A stretch of DNA of 64,000 nucleotides from contig JBFXJJ010000003.1 of assembly GCA_050175015.1 (NCBI GenBank), positions 32,001-96,000 on the forward strand, in the 5' to 3' direction. The notes beneath the pieces were generated by a model. The model saw only the letters and a list, made by a program, of their open reading frames with translations. It was not told the DNA's origin and made no database searches. This DNA comes from Alphaproteobacteria bacterium (GTDB lineage: Bacteria > Pseudomonadota > Alphaproteobacteria > JBFXJJ01). Below are positions 1-9,416 of the stretch, in pieces. Within the stretch, counting starts at the first letter, position 1, and each line of letters opens with the position of its first letter. The position numbers and the translations under genes were made by a program.

Positions 1-1298
1 GGAAAATAACTTTTTATTTCTTCATAAATACGCTCTATTCCAGGTCCACAGGCGGTAAAAGATTCAAGCTCTCCACATTCGGGGCATTTCTCGGGGTATC
101 TAATATTATAGTTGCAGTGATGACAAACCAACCGATTTTGAGAACGATGTTCAACCAACCACGCAGAACAATTAGGACACTGCATACGATGACCACACGA
201 GCGGCATAAAGTCAAAGGAGCATAGCCTCTACGGTTTAGAAAAAGCAGCGTTTGCTCTTGCTGTTCCAGATTTTGGCAAATGGCCTGCTTTAATGGTTCA
301 GAAATCCAAACGTCCCGTTTGGTCGGATATTTCTTTAAATCTATCAATTGAATTTCTGGCATAGAGGCGCCAGCAAAGCGCTCAGGCAGGGTTACTTGAG
401 AATATTTTTCTTTTTGAACATTTACGATTGTTTCAATAGATGGCGTTGCGGAAGAAAGCAATATTGGAATTTTATTGATGCTGGCTCTAACAATTGCCAT
501 ATCCCTTGCATTATAAATATTTCCTTCTTCCTGTTTGAAAGATGGGTCGTGTTCTTCATCAATAACAATGAGACCTAAATTGTTAAAAGGCAGAAATAAT
601 GCTGAACGTGCGCCGGAGACAACTTTAATTTCACCAGAAATAATACCCTGCCATGTCTCCCGCCGCATTTTATTGGTAAGATTTGAGTGCCATTCGCAAG
701 GCATTATGCCAAATCGTTTTTTAAACCGTTCTTTCCACTGAACACTTAATGATATTTCTGGCAGAAGAACTAGCACCTGTTTTTTTTCTTTTAATGTTTT
801 GGCAATCGCTTCAAAATAAACTTCCGTTTTGCCAGAACCTGTTACGCCATCAATTAACGTTGCCGAAAATTCATTTACCAATTTGTTTTCTAAATTTTTA
901 ACAGCTGTTTCTTGTTCCGTAGAAAGCGCTATAGTATCAAAATTTTCTTCTGGCTGCGGAAAGATGGTTTTTTTAGGAATGTCGAATATCTTAGGCGGCG
1001 ACATCATCATTTTCAGAACTAGTCCCTTATCAATCATATTATATGAAGATACCCAATCAACAAATTTTATGTTTTCCAGCGTTAGTGGCTGATTTTCTAA
1101 AATATTTATAATCGGTTTGACTTTGTCTTGAGGAATGTCTGAAAAACTCTCACTCCAAACAACGCCTGTTTTTATGCTTTTACCAAATGGAACCTGAACA
1201 AAATCGCCAATGTTAACCTCAAGATTATCTGGAACCAAATAATCAAAAGCTTTATTAAATGGAAGCGGCAATAAAACTGCGATTTGTTTCTTTTCCAT
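1..1298 (-). CDS. priA: Primosomal protein N' (5' part; runs off window start)
   Basis: Not in the ORF track because truncated. Manual minus-strand reading from ATG at 1298: MEKKQIAVLLPLPFNKAFDY..., Walker A GVTGSGKTEVY, DEEH box, LASATP, and CxxC zinc-finger pairs near positions 70-210. Confidence 0.95.
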   Translation of the reverse strand, partial: MEKKQIAVLLPLPFNKAFDYLVPDNLEVNIGDFVQVPFGKSIKTGVVWSESFSDIPQDKVKPIINILENQPLTLENIKFVDWVSSYNMIDKGLVLKMMMSPPKIFDIPKKTIFPQPEENFDTIALSTEQETAVKNLENKLVNEFSATLIDGVTGSGKTEVYFEAIAKTLKEKKQVLVLLPEISLSVQWKERFKKRFGIMPCEWHSNLTNKMRRETWQGIISGEIKVVSGARSALFLPFNNLGLIVIDEEHDPSFKQEEGNIYNARDMAIVRASINKIPILLSSATPSIETIVNVQKEKYSQVTLPERFAGASMPEIQLIDLKKYPTKRDVWISEPLKQAICQNLEQQEQTLLFLNRRGYAPLTLCRSCGHRMQCPNCSAWLVEHRSQNRLVCHHCNYNIRYPEKCPECGELESFTACGPGIERIYEEIKSYF

Positions 1299-1411
1299 CT
1301 TTTTACTTTCTACAGATATGCTATTATCAAAATGTTAATTTAAAGCCCTTATAAAGACTTAATGTAAATTAAAAAAGACTATAACAAAAATTATAAAAAG
1401 AGGATAGAATT

Positions 1412-2071
1412 ATGAAGTTTTTTGTTGATACCGCAGATATTGAAGACATTAAAGAATTAGCAAAAACAGGAATGGTAGACGGCGTTACTACGAATCCAAG
1501 CCTTGTTGCCAAGTCGGGTGCTAATATGAAAGAGTTAATTGCAGAAATCTGCAAAACTATTTCTGGACCTGTCAGTGCTGAAGTTACGGCTCTTGATTTT
1601 GAAACAATGATGAAAGAAGCTAATGAGCTTAGAAAGATTGCCAAGAATGTTGCCATTAAAGTTCCATTAACAATGGACGGACTTAAAACCTGCAAAACCT
1701 TAAGCTCAGAAGGAACTATGGTAAATGTTACGCTGTGCTTTACCGCAGGTCAGGCAATTTTAGCCGCCAAAGCTGGAGCAACTTTTGTTTCACCTTTTGT
1801 CGGCAGGCTCGATGACTTAGGTGTCAGTGGTATGCAGTTGATTGATGATATAGTTGGCATTTATGAAAACTATGAGGCTTTTAATACGGAAGTTTTAGTT
1901 GCTTCTGTAAGAAGTGTTGAACACGTAGTTGATGCCGCTCGTTATGGAGCCCACGTTGTAACTGTTCCTCCTAAGATTATTAAACAATTATTCCACCACC
2001 CGCTAACGGACAGCGGTATCAAAACCTTTATGGAAGATTGGGCAAAAACAGGTCAATCAATTTTAAAATAA
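1412..2071 (+). CDS. tal: Transaldolase / fructose-6-phosphate aldolase family
   Basis: [35 protein letters not shown] motifs; AGGA RBS. Confidence 0.93.
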   Translation: MKFFVDTADIEDIKELAKTGMVDGVTTNPSLVAKSGANMKELIAEICKTISGPVSAEVTALDFETMMKEANELRKIAKNVAIKVPLTMDGLKTCKTLSSEGTMVNVTLCFTAGQAILAAKAGATFVSPFVGRLDDLGVSGMQLIDDIVGIYENYEAFNTEVLVASVRSVEHVVDAARYGAHVVTVPPKIIKQLFHHPLTDSGIKTFMEDWAKTGQSILK

Positions 2072-2081
2072 CTGAAGAAAA

Positions 2082-3056
2082 ATGAATCAAGACCTTGAAA
2101 AAAATAAAGCAATTTATTTTTGCGGCGATGAGAAACTTAAAGCTCTTATTGCCGCTTGGCTTGATTGGCTAAAACTTGAAAAAAGAGTATCTCTTCATAC
2201 GATTGATGGGTATGCCAGAGACTTAGCCGCTTTTTTAGGTTTTGCCTGTGAACACACAGGAGATCTTCCCACAATAAAAATTTTAAATAATCTTAAAATC
2301 GCAGATTTTAGGGCTTTTCTTTCCTTAAGACTGGCAAGTGGCATCTCGCGCTCTTCTATGGCAAGAGCGATGTCCAGTCTGCATAATTTTTATAAATGGG
2401 GACGCAAAGAGAAAAAACTTTTTAACGATAATATTAAGGGTGTCAAAGCACCTAAAGTGCCTAAGTCTGTTCCCAAACCTTTAGCCAAAGATGAAGCTTT
2501 TGATGTTATCGAAATTGCTAAAGAGCTTTATGATGAACCGTGGCTGGCTAATCGTGATGCCGCTATCTTTACGCTGCTCTATGGCTGCGGTCTTCGTATC
2601 AGCGAAGCACTCTCTCTTGATATAAAAGATATTCCTGACAGTTCGTTTTTAAAAATTAGAGGAAAAGGTGATAAGGAAAGAATAGTTCCTGTTTTGCCTG
2701 AAGTAAAAGAAGCCATCTTGAAATATTATAACAGCCGCCCTTTTACTAAAGAAAAAGATGAGCCTCTTTTTGTTGGTCTTAGAGGCAAAAGACTTGATCC
2801 TGGGGTTGTGCAGAGACAAATGAGAAAAATCAGAGCCTATGCTGGGCTTCCAGAAACGGCAACGCCGCACGCTCTTAGACATAGTTTTGCGACGCATCTT
2901 CTTGAAGGCAGCGGAAACTTGCGAGCGGTTCAAGAACTTTTAGGACACTCGTCATTATCAACAACGCAAAGATATACCGAAGTTGATACAGGAATGATGC
3001 TTAAAATTTATAATAAGGCTCACCCTAGAGCAAAAAAAACAAAAGAAGATGAATAA
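2082..3056 (+). CDS. xerC: Tyrosine recombinase XerC
   Basis: LYGCGLRISE, GKGDKER, TPHALRHSFATHLL, LLGH..LSTTQRY; priA-tal-xerC order typical of Alphaproteobacteria. Confidence 0.9.
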   Translation: MNQDLEKNKAIYFCGDEKLKALIAAWLDWLKLEKRVSLHTIDGYARDLAAFLGFACEHTGDLPTIKILNNLKIADFRAFLSLRLASGISRSSMARAMSSLHNFYKWGRKEKKLFNDNIKGVKAPKVPKSVPKPLAKDEAFDVIEIAKELYDEPWLANRDAAIFTLLYGCGLRISEALSLDIKDIPDSSFLKIRGKGDKERIVPVLPEVKEAILKYYNSRPFTKEKDEPLFVGLRGKRLDPGVVQRQMRKIRAYAGLPETATPHALRHSFATHLLEGSGNLRAVQELLGHSSLSTTQRYTEVDTGMMLKIYNKAHPRAKKTKEDE

Positions 3057-3119
3057 ATTTGTATTTGATTATTGCCAAAATAAAATGAATAAGCTAAAAG
3101 ATAAAAGCTTTCTTTGAAC

Positions 3120-3210
3120 GGAGAGGTGGCCGAGTGGTCGAAGGCGCACGATTGGAAATCGTGTGTGCGGCAAAACCGTACCGAGGGTTCGAATCCCTCT
3201 CTCTCCGCCA
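3120..3210 (+). tRNA. tRNA-Ser (anticodon GGA)
   Basis: GGAGAGG acceptor stem, TGGCCGAGTGG D-arm, CACGA-TTGGAAA-TCGTG anticodon arm, long variable arm, GGTTCGAATCC T-arm, encoded CCA. Confidence 0.97.
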
Positions 3211-3245
3211 ATTTACAATCCAATAAAATTTGCTAAAGTTTATCA

Positions 3246-3281
3246 AGCCCGCAGAAAAAAGAGTTTTTTAAGCGGGTTTTT
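3246..3281 (+). terminator. Probable intrinsic terminator after tRNA-Ser
   Basis: AAGCCCGC...GCGGGTTT stem followed by T-run. Confidence 0.5.
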
Positions 3282-3520
3282 GTTTGTTTAAATCCGATGC
3301 AATTCATTGACATCTAAAAAATGGGGGTACATTTAGAGGTGTGTTTTAAGAACCAATTAGGATATATCGCTATAATTTTCATGGGTGTCTTCATATTTTG
3401 TATAAGATAATGTAATTCTATTACGAAGAACTTATCTCCACTCTAAACAAAAGGTTAGTTCTGTTCTGAAAAACGTGGAGCTTTTGCATAAAGTTGACAA
3501 TGCCTAATTATATAGTTTTT

Positions 3521-3676
3521 TTAATTTTCTAAAAGTTCGCTTTTGATTGTTAGTTTAAAATCAGGATACCAGAAAGGTTGGTTCTTAAACTGCACTTGTT
3601 TTGTTTCTGCAGCACTATCAGGTTTCTCTTCTAAATCGCTGGGCGATTAGAAATAAAAAGAATAGAAATGACGCAT
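3521..3676 (-). pseudogene. Possible gene relic
   Basis: Frame reads MRHFYSFYF*SPSDLEEKPDSAAETKQVQFKNQPFWYPDFKLTIKSELLEN*; protein-like but interrupted. Confidence 0.3.
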
Positions 3677-3848
3677 AAAATAATCTTTCGTTTGTCCAGA
3701 TTTTACCAACGATATTTTGATTAAACAACAAATTATGAAGTAAGAACAAAGCATTTATTGTCAATGAATACTATTATATGTATTATTAAGTATAATACAG
3801 CGTTTACTTTTAATTATTTTAGAAAATTTTTGTAAAAGGAAGTGGTAT

Positions 3849-5447
3849 ATGACAACACTTGATATGTTTTGTTTGACGATTTACTTTGTATTAGTTGCCA
3901 TCGTTGCTATATGGACTGGACGAGGTAGTCGCAAAGACAGTAAATCATTTTTTCTAGCAGGAGGGTCCATTGGCTGGGTAGCTATTGGTGCCAGCATTTT
4001 TGCCAGTAATATCTCTACAGAACATTTTATTGGTTTGGCTGGAACTGGAGCGAGTTCTGGTTTGGCTGTAGCCCAATTTGAAATTTTAGCCTGTTTGATT
4101 CTGTTATTGTTAGGTTGGTTGTTTGTGCCGTTTTACCTGCGTACGGGTGTTTTTACTATGCCTGAATTTTTAGAAAGACGTTTTAATTCCAAATGTCGAA
4201 CCTATCTTTCTGGAATTTCGATTGTAGCTTATGTGTTTACCAAGGTCAGCGTGGCTGTCTATGCTGGAGCATTGGTGCTGAACACCATGCTTGGCTGGAA
4301 TATGTGGCTAGGCGCTATAGCTCTTATTTTGGCAACAGGGGTATATACTGTTTTTGGTGGTTTGAAAGCGGTTATTTATACTGATTTCTTCCAAGCTTTT
4401 GTATTGGTGCTAGGTGCTGCTATCTTGACTGGCATTGCTGTAACTAAGGTAGGGGGCGTCCATGAATTACTAATCCAAACACCACCAGAATTTATGAGCC
4501 TGTGGAAAAGCGCATCAGATCCTGATTTCCCGTGGACAGGAATTATTTTTGGCGCACCTCTGCTTGGAATTTGGTATTGGTGTACTGATCAAATGATTGT
4601 ACAACGCACGCTGGCTTCAAGAAATGTTGACGATGCTCGCAAAGCAACGGTTATGGCGGGCTTTTTAAAAATCCTGCCAATGTTTCTGCTAGTGCTTCCT
4701 GGTTTGGCTGGAAGAATTATTTATCCTGATGTCGCTCCAGATGCTATATATGCGACTATGGTTAATAACCTGCTCGTACCAGGAGTGAAAGGTTTTGTGG
4801 TTGCAGCCTTGCTTTCTGCCCTGATGAGTTCGCTGTCGTCAGTATTTAATAGTGGTGCAACTCTTATGGTTATGGATTTTTACAAAAGGTTTAAACCTGA
4901 AACACCAGAAAAAAAACTGGTACATGTTGGACAAGCAACAACAGGATTTTTGATTCTAGTCAGCTTGGCGTGGCTGCCGTTTATTGGCGTTATGAGCAAC
5001 CAGCTTTATGTATATTTACAATCAGTACAAGGTTATATTTCTCCACCAATTACCGCTGTATTTCTTTTGGGCGTATTGTGGAAGAGGGCTAATGGAAAAG
5101 CGGCTTTTGCCGCACTGATTACGGGTTTTATTGTGGGAGCCGCTCGCTTTCTTACGGAAGTATTGGTTAAATCAGGCATCTTGTCTCATAGGTTTTTTAC
5201 CCTGTTTGCTGGGATTAATTTTCTTCATTTTGCCTTTTTCCTGTTCGCATTATCTTTATTGGTAATTATTGTGGTTAGCTTGCTTACAGCTCCACCTACA
5301 AAAAATAATTTATCTATTTTTGCGCAGACTAAAGATACTGGTGAAGTAGTTGCTAAGCCGCAAGCCCTAACGGTAATGCTCAGTATATTGTTAGGTTTTG
5401 TAGTTATCGGCATTTGGCTAATTTTTAGTCCTCTGGTTTTTAATTAG
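3849..5447 (+). CDS. Sodium:solute symporter (SGLT-like sugar cotransporter)
   Basis: FFLAG, ASNISTEHFIGLAGTG, TMPEFLERRF, WYWCTDQMIVQR motifs of the SSS/SLC5 family; many TM segments. Confidence 0.92.
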   Translation: MTTLDMFCLTIYFVLVAIVAIWTGRGSRKDSKSFFLAGGSIGWVAIGASIFASNISTEHFIGLAGTGASSGLAVAQFEILACLILLLLGWLFVPFYLRTGVFTMPEFLERRFNSKCRTYLSGISIVAYVFTKVSVAVYAGALVLNTMLGWNMWLGAIALILATGVYTVFGGLKAVIYTDFFQAFVLVLGAAILTGIAVTKVGGVHELLIQTPPEFMSLWKSASDPDFPWTGIIFGAPLLGIWYWCTDQMIVQRTLASRNVDDARKATVMAGFLKILPMFLLVLPGLAGRIIYPDVAPDAIYATMVNNLLVPGVKGFVVAALLSALMSSLSSVFNSGATLMVMDFYKRFKPETPEKKLVHVGQATTGFLILVSLAWLPFIGVMSNQLYVYLQSVQGYISPPITAVFLLGVLWKRANGKAAFAALITGFIVGAARFLTEVLVKSGILSHRFFTLFAGINFLHFAFFLFALSLLVIIVVSLLTAPPTKNNLSIFAQTKDTGEVVAKPQALTVMLSILLGFVVIGIWLIFSPLVFN

Positions 5448-5498
5448 AGCGTATGTTGTTTAATCGGAATTATTCTGACGGAATAAAAAACGCCATAT

Positions 5499-5513
5499 GT
5501 ACTCTTTTTGTTC
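5499..5513. promoter_or_regulatory. Alphaproteobacterial LexA (SOS) box
   Basis: GTAC-TCTTTTT-GTTC (reverse complement GAAC-N7-GTAC) directly abutting a -35 hexamer. Confidence 0.7.
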
Positions 5514-5542
5514 TTGACATTTGGAGCTTTTTCCCTTATAGT
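5514..5542 (+). promoter_or_regulatory. sigma70 promoter of toxin gene
   Basis: TTGACA-N17-TATAGT. Confidence 0.75.
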
Positions 5543-5588
5543 GATTTTTAATAATCCTTAAGGATAACTTATATTATCGATTTAGTAT

Positions 5589-5664
5589 AAGCCCTGTTTG
5601 AATACTTTTTTAAAGTTGTGTTTTGTTTGCAGCTTTAGGAGATTTTCGAACAGGGCTTTTTTTT
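5589..5664 (+). terminator. Long hairpin with T-tract in toxin leader
   Basis: AAGCCCTGTTTGAA...TTCGAACAGGGCTT outer stem, AAAGTTGTG/TGCAGCTTT inner stem with G-U pairs, long T-run. Confidence 0.55.
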
Positions 5665-5695
5665 ATGTTTTAAAATATTATGAAGGGATAAAAAA

Positions 5696-7177
5696 ATGTC
5701 TAATGAGAATATTAAAGAAAATAGTTTGTTAAAAAATACTTTAGCTGAGAACTAAAGTTCTGATTTAGAAGATGTTGTAAAGGTCAAAACCATTTTAGGA
5801 AACCTTGGTTTTTATGAACCAGAAGAAAGGATAGGAGAAAGCAGCGCTAATATATCACCCTATCCTAATGCTAATTTGTTTAACGGGATTAGAAAATATC
5901 AAAAAGCCAAGGGATTAACCATTGACGGAGTTATGAAGCCAGATGGAGAAACAGAAAACAGTTTAAAAGATATTCTCTCAGGAAGAATTTTTCCTATAGA
6001 GGGCGTTTCTAAAAATAAGCAGATCTTTGAGAATGGTGCATTTAAGGGTTTGAACGATTATATAAGTTCGAACAGTTCCGTTAATAATGATGATGTTTTA
6101 AATGTCAAGAAGGTGCTGGTTAAGGCAGGGCATTATGAACCGAACAGCCGAGCAGGAGAAAGTGTCTCTAACTTAAGCGGTTATCCTGATGAGACTTTTT
6201 TTAATGCTATAAAGAGCTTTCAGAAAGACAAAGGTTTATTAGTTGACGGAGTAATGAAGAAAGGCGGTGAGACCGAGAGCGCATTGATGAACAGTTTTAT
6301 GGAACCAAGTGAGAAAGAGAAAGCAAGGTTAAAAAAAGCTGGGATTTATAACAAAGTAAGATTTATGACTGAACCTGTTGCCAACAAAGATAACTCTCAA
6401 GAAAACAAAAGCTCAATAACACAGGCTCAAGAAACAAACTCTCAAAATAAAGATGTTAACAAAACGCTTTCTAAAGAAAACAGTATAGATGCCGACAAAC
6501 TAACCATAAATGATTTTGGAAAAAAGGGAGAAAAATGTATAAATATTAATACGTTTCAAAATACTTTTCCTAACAAAGCCAGTGCAGAGGCTCAAAGACA
6601 AGGTATTGTTTATCGGGAAGTAAATCCTGATGCTGGAAAGAACACGGCTATTTACATGGCAAATGAAATGAATAAAAATTCAAAGGAAGTACAGACTGAA
6701 ACCTATAAACAAAATTCAAGTTTTTATAGTGATGTTAATGACAATAAGAAATGGGATCATAAACCTCAAATCAAAAATGAAATTACCAATGGCTTAAATG
6801 TTGAGATCAAAAAGCCTAGAGATGGAAACCCTAATATCCAGCCTCCTGTTAACTATAGATCTAAAGATGGTACTTTACATAATGTAACAACAATCAAAGG
6901 CGATGATAAGAATGTATACGATCATGACATCTGGTCTAATGTGCATTATGGTTATGTTGGCAGAGCTAATGAAAGTTCAAAAACTTTTTTAAAAGTAGGA
7001 AGCTTTGTAGAAGACTTGGTTAAAAACAGAAGTTTTGAGCTCAAAGACTTAGAAGCTGTTAACCTTGGTTCGAAACTTTGGGATAAATACGGTTCAAAAG
7101 GAATAGATATAACTCCTGAAATTTTAAATGAAGAAAGCATAAAAAATAAAGATAAATTAAGCACTTACCCTAGATAA
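5696..7177 (+). pseudogene. Polymorphic toxin: two peptidoglycan-binding-like repeats, low-complexity linker, C-terminal Ntox44-type RNase; in-frame TAA at codon 20 (residual ORF 5876-7177)
   Basis: Repeats ending IRKYQKAKGLTIDGVMKPDGET / IKSFQKDKGLLVDGVMKKGGET; toxin motifs KWDHKPQI, DIWSNVHYGYVGRA, DLEAVNLGSKLW; ATG 5696 with GGGA RBS is in frame with 5876, TAA at 5753-5755. Confidence 0.8.
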
Positions 7178-7715
7178 CACAAGTTAAAACAAACATAACA
7201 AAGGCTGTAAGAGATAGGGATATACTCTTATCTTTATCTCTTACAAGCATAAATATATTATAAATATATATAATAGGAAAAATATATTGTATATAATAAA
7301 AAGGGGCAGTAATTAACATAACAAGTCGTCCTACAGAACGCTCTATTGTTAGATAGAAAAAAAACCATATGAAAAACTTTATTAATTGAAAAAAAATCAG
7401 AAGGAATATTGCTTGTTTTTGATAGGTATTCCAATTTTTTAATTTTAAATAACTATATAAATAAAATAATATTATCAAAGATAAAAATATGCAAAAACAA
7501 AAACCAGTCCAGACTATGATATTATGATATTGGTAATTTTGAACTATATATGAACCTATAAAGTGAATCATATAAAATATAGGGCCAAAGATAATAGAAC
7601 TGATATAATAATGCAAACCAACAACATATCTATCATTAAGAATAAAAAACTGTATCAAAGCTAGAAGAGCAATAACACCGACTTTAAACCATTTATTTTG
7701 AAGAATTTTTAACAC
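7170..7715 (-). CDS. Multi-TM membrane protein, paralog 1 (candidate immunity)
   Basis: GTG start with AGGA RBS; hydrophobic; 3' end overlaps the toxin 3' end by 8 nt. Confidence 0.75.
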   Translation of the reverse strand: MLKILQNKWFKVGVIALLALIQFFILNDRYVVGLHYYISSIIFGPIFYMIHFIGSYIVQNYQYHNIIVWTGFCFCIFLSLIILFYLYSYLKLKNWNTYQKQAIFLLIFFQLIKFFIWFFFYLTIERSVGRLVMLITAPFYYIQYIFPIIYIYNIFMLVRDKDKSISLSLTAFVMFVLTCVI

Positions 7716-7923
7716 TTAACGCTTTTTCCTAAAGTTCAATATAAAATCACTTTTTAAAATCTTAACAATGATATTATAATTAAACAACAAAATCTTTTTT
7801 TAAAGATACCTATGCCGAAGCCGTTAAACTTTTAGGATAAATATGGTTCAAAAGGAATAGATATAACTCCTGAAATTTTAAATGAAGAAATCATAAAAAA
7901 TAAAGATAAATTAAGCACTTACT

Positions 7924-8460
7924 CTAGATAACACAGGTTAAAACAAACATAACAAAGGCTGTAAGAGATAGGGATATACTCTTATCTTTATCTCTTACAA
8001 GCATAAATATATTATAAATAGAAACAAGATAAAAAGGAAAACGAATATAGTAAAAAGGAGCGATTATCAGCCATAATCCTCTTCCTAATGAATACTTTTC
8101 TGTTAAATATATAAAAATACAAATAAAAAACTTTATTAATTGAAAAGTAGAAAAAAGAAATATCGCTTGTTTTTTGTAAGTTTTCCAATTTTTTGATCTT
8201 AAATATTTATATAAGTAAAACAGTATTATCGAAGCCAATATTATAGATACACAAAAACCTATCCAACCTATTGGATAAGCGTAAGGGCGGTAATTTTGAG
8301 TTACATAAGATGCTATATAAAAAGCGGGAGAAAAGATAAGATAACTAATAAGAAGATGAAAACCTAAAATTAAGTTATTATTATAACAAAAAGACGGAAT
8401 TATAGTGATGAAAACAATGAAGCCTATTTTAAACCATTTATTTTGAAGAATTTTTAACAC
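7924..8460 (-). CDS. Multi-TM membrane protein, paralog 2 (candidate immunity)
   Basis: Same MLKILQNKWFK start and same C-terminal ~30 aa as paralog 1, diverged middle. Confidence 0.75.
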   Translation of the reverse strand: MLKILQNKWFKIGFIVFITIIPSFCYNNNLILGFHLLISYLIFSPAFYIASYVTQNYRPYAYPIGWIGFCVSIILASIILFYLYKYLRSKNWKTYKKQAIFLFSTFQLIKFFICIFIYLTEKYSLGRGLWLIIAPFYYIRFPFYLVSIYNIFMLVRDKDKSISLSLTAFVMFVLTCVI

Positions 8461-8668
8461 TTAATGCTTTTTCCTAAAGTTCAATATAAAATCACTTTTT
8501 AAAATCTTAACAATGATATTATAATTAAACAACAAAATCTTTTTTTAAAGATACCTATGCCGAAGCCGTTAAACTTTTAGGATAAATATGGTTCAAAAGG
8601 AATAGATATAACTCCTGAAATTTTAAACGAAGAAATCATAAAAAATAAAGATAAATTAAGCACTTACC

Positions 8669-9208
8669 CTAGATAAAAAACTTATACATTATAAATGATG
8701 TAAGAGATAAAGATATGCTTTTATTTTTATCTCTTATTATCATAATAGCATTGTAAATATATATAATCGGGAGAATATATTGCATATGATAAAAAGAAAA
8801 TATAATTATCATAGCACGTCGTCCTACAGAACGTTCTATTGTTATATAGAAAAAAAGCCATATGAAAAATTTTATTAATTGAAAAAATGAAAAGAAAAAT
8901 ATTGCTTGTTTTTGATAGTTTTTCCAGCTTTTCGATTTTAAATATTTATATAAATAAAACAATATTACTAAAGATAAAAAAATACAAAAATAAAAACCAG
9001 TCCAGACTATGATATTATGATATTGGTAATTTTGAACTATATATGAACCTATGAGATGTAATATATATAGCGGAAGGGAAAAAAGATAACCACTAACAAA
9101 GATACCAAAGCCAAAGAACAATTCATATTTAAAGAAATAAAACTGTATCAGAGCTAAAAGAGCAATAATCCCTATTTTAAACCATTTGTTTTGAAGAATT
9201 TTTAACAC
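8669..9208 (-). CDS. Multi-TM membrane protein, paralog 3 (candidate immunity)
   Basis: Same N-terminus; shares IGSYIVQNYQYHNIIVWTGF and ERSVGR with paralog 1. Confidence 0.75.
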   Translation of the reverse strand: MLKILQNKWFKIGIIALLALIQFYFFKYELFFGFGIFVSGYLFSLPLYILHLIGSYIVQNYQYHNIIVWTGFYFCIFLSLVILFYLYKYLKSKSWKNYQKQAIFFFSFFQLIKFFIWLFFYITIERSVGRRAMIIIFSFYHMQYILPIIYIYNAIMIIRDKNKSISLSLTSFIMYKFFI

Positions 9209-9416
9209 TTAACGCTTTTTCCTAAAGTTCAATATAAAATCACTTTTTAAAATCTTAACAACGATATTATAATTAAACAACAAAATCTTTTTTTAAAGAT
9301 ACCTATGCCGAAGCCGTTAAACTTTTAGGATAAATATGGTTCAAAAGGAATAGATATAACTCCTGAAATTTTAAATGAAGAAATCATAAAAAATAAAGAT
9401 AAATTAAGCACTTACC

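Noticed and set aside
348-1092. Three short plus-strand ORFs
   Set aside because: Shadows on the antisense strand of priA
2082-3210. Tyrosine recombinase next to a tRNA as an island integrase
   Set aside because: Sequence and priA-tal-xerC synteny indicate housekeeping XerC, and it lies upstream of the tRNA
3020-3223. 67-aa minus-strand ORF (AEREGFEPS)
   Set aside because: Typical antisense translation of a tRNA gene
3345-3589. 12-bp inverted repeat TTTAAGAACCAA as MITE ends
   Set aside because: Short and AT-rich, no target duplication seen, no other copies
7757-7793. 37-bp motif as a dif/pdif Xer site
   Set aside because: Lacks the inverted 11-6-11 symmetry and the TTATG XerD arm
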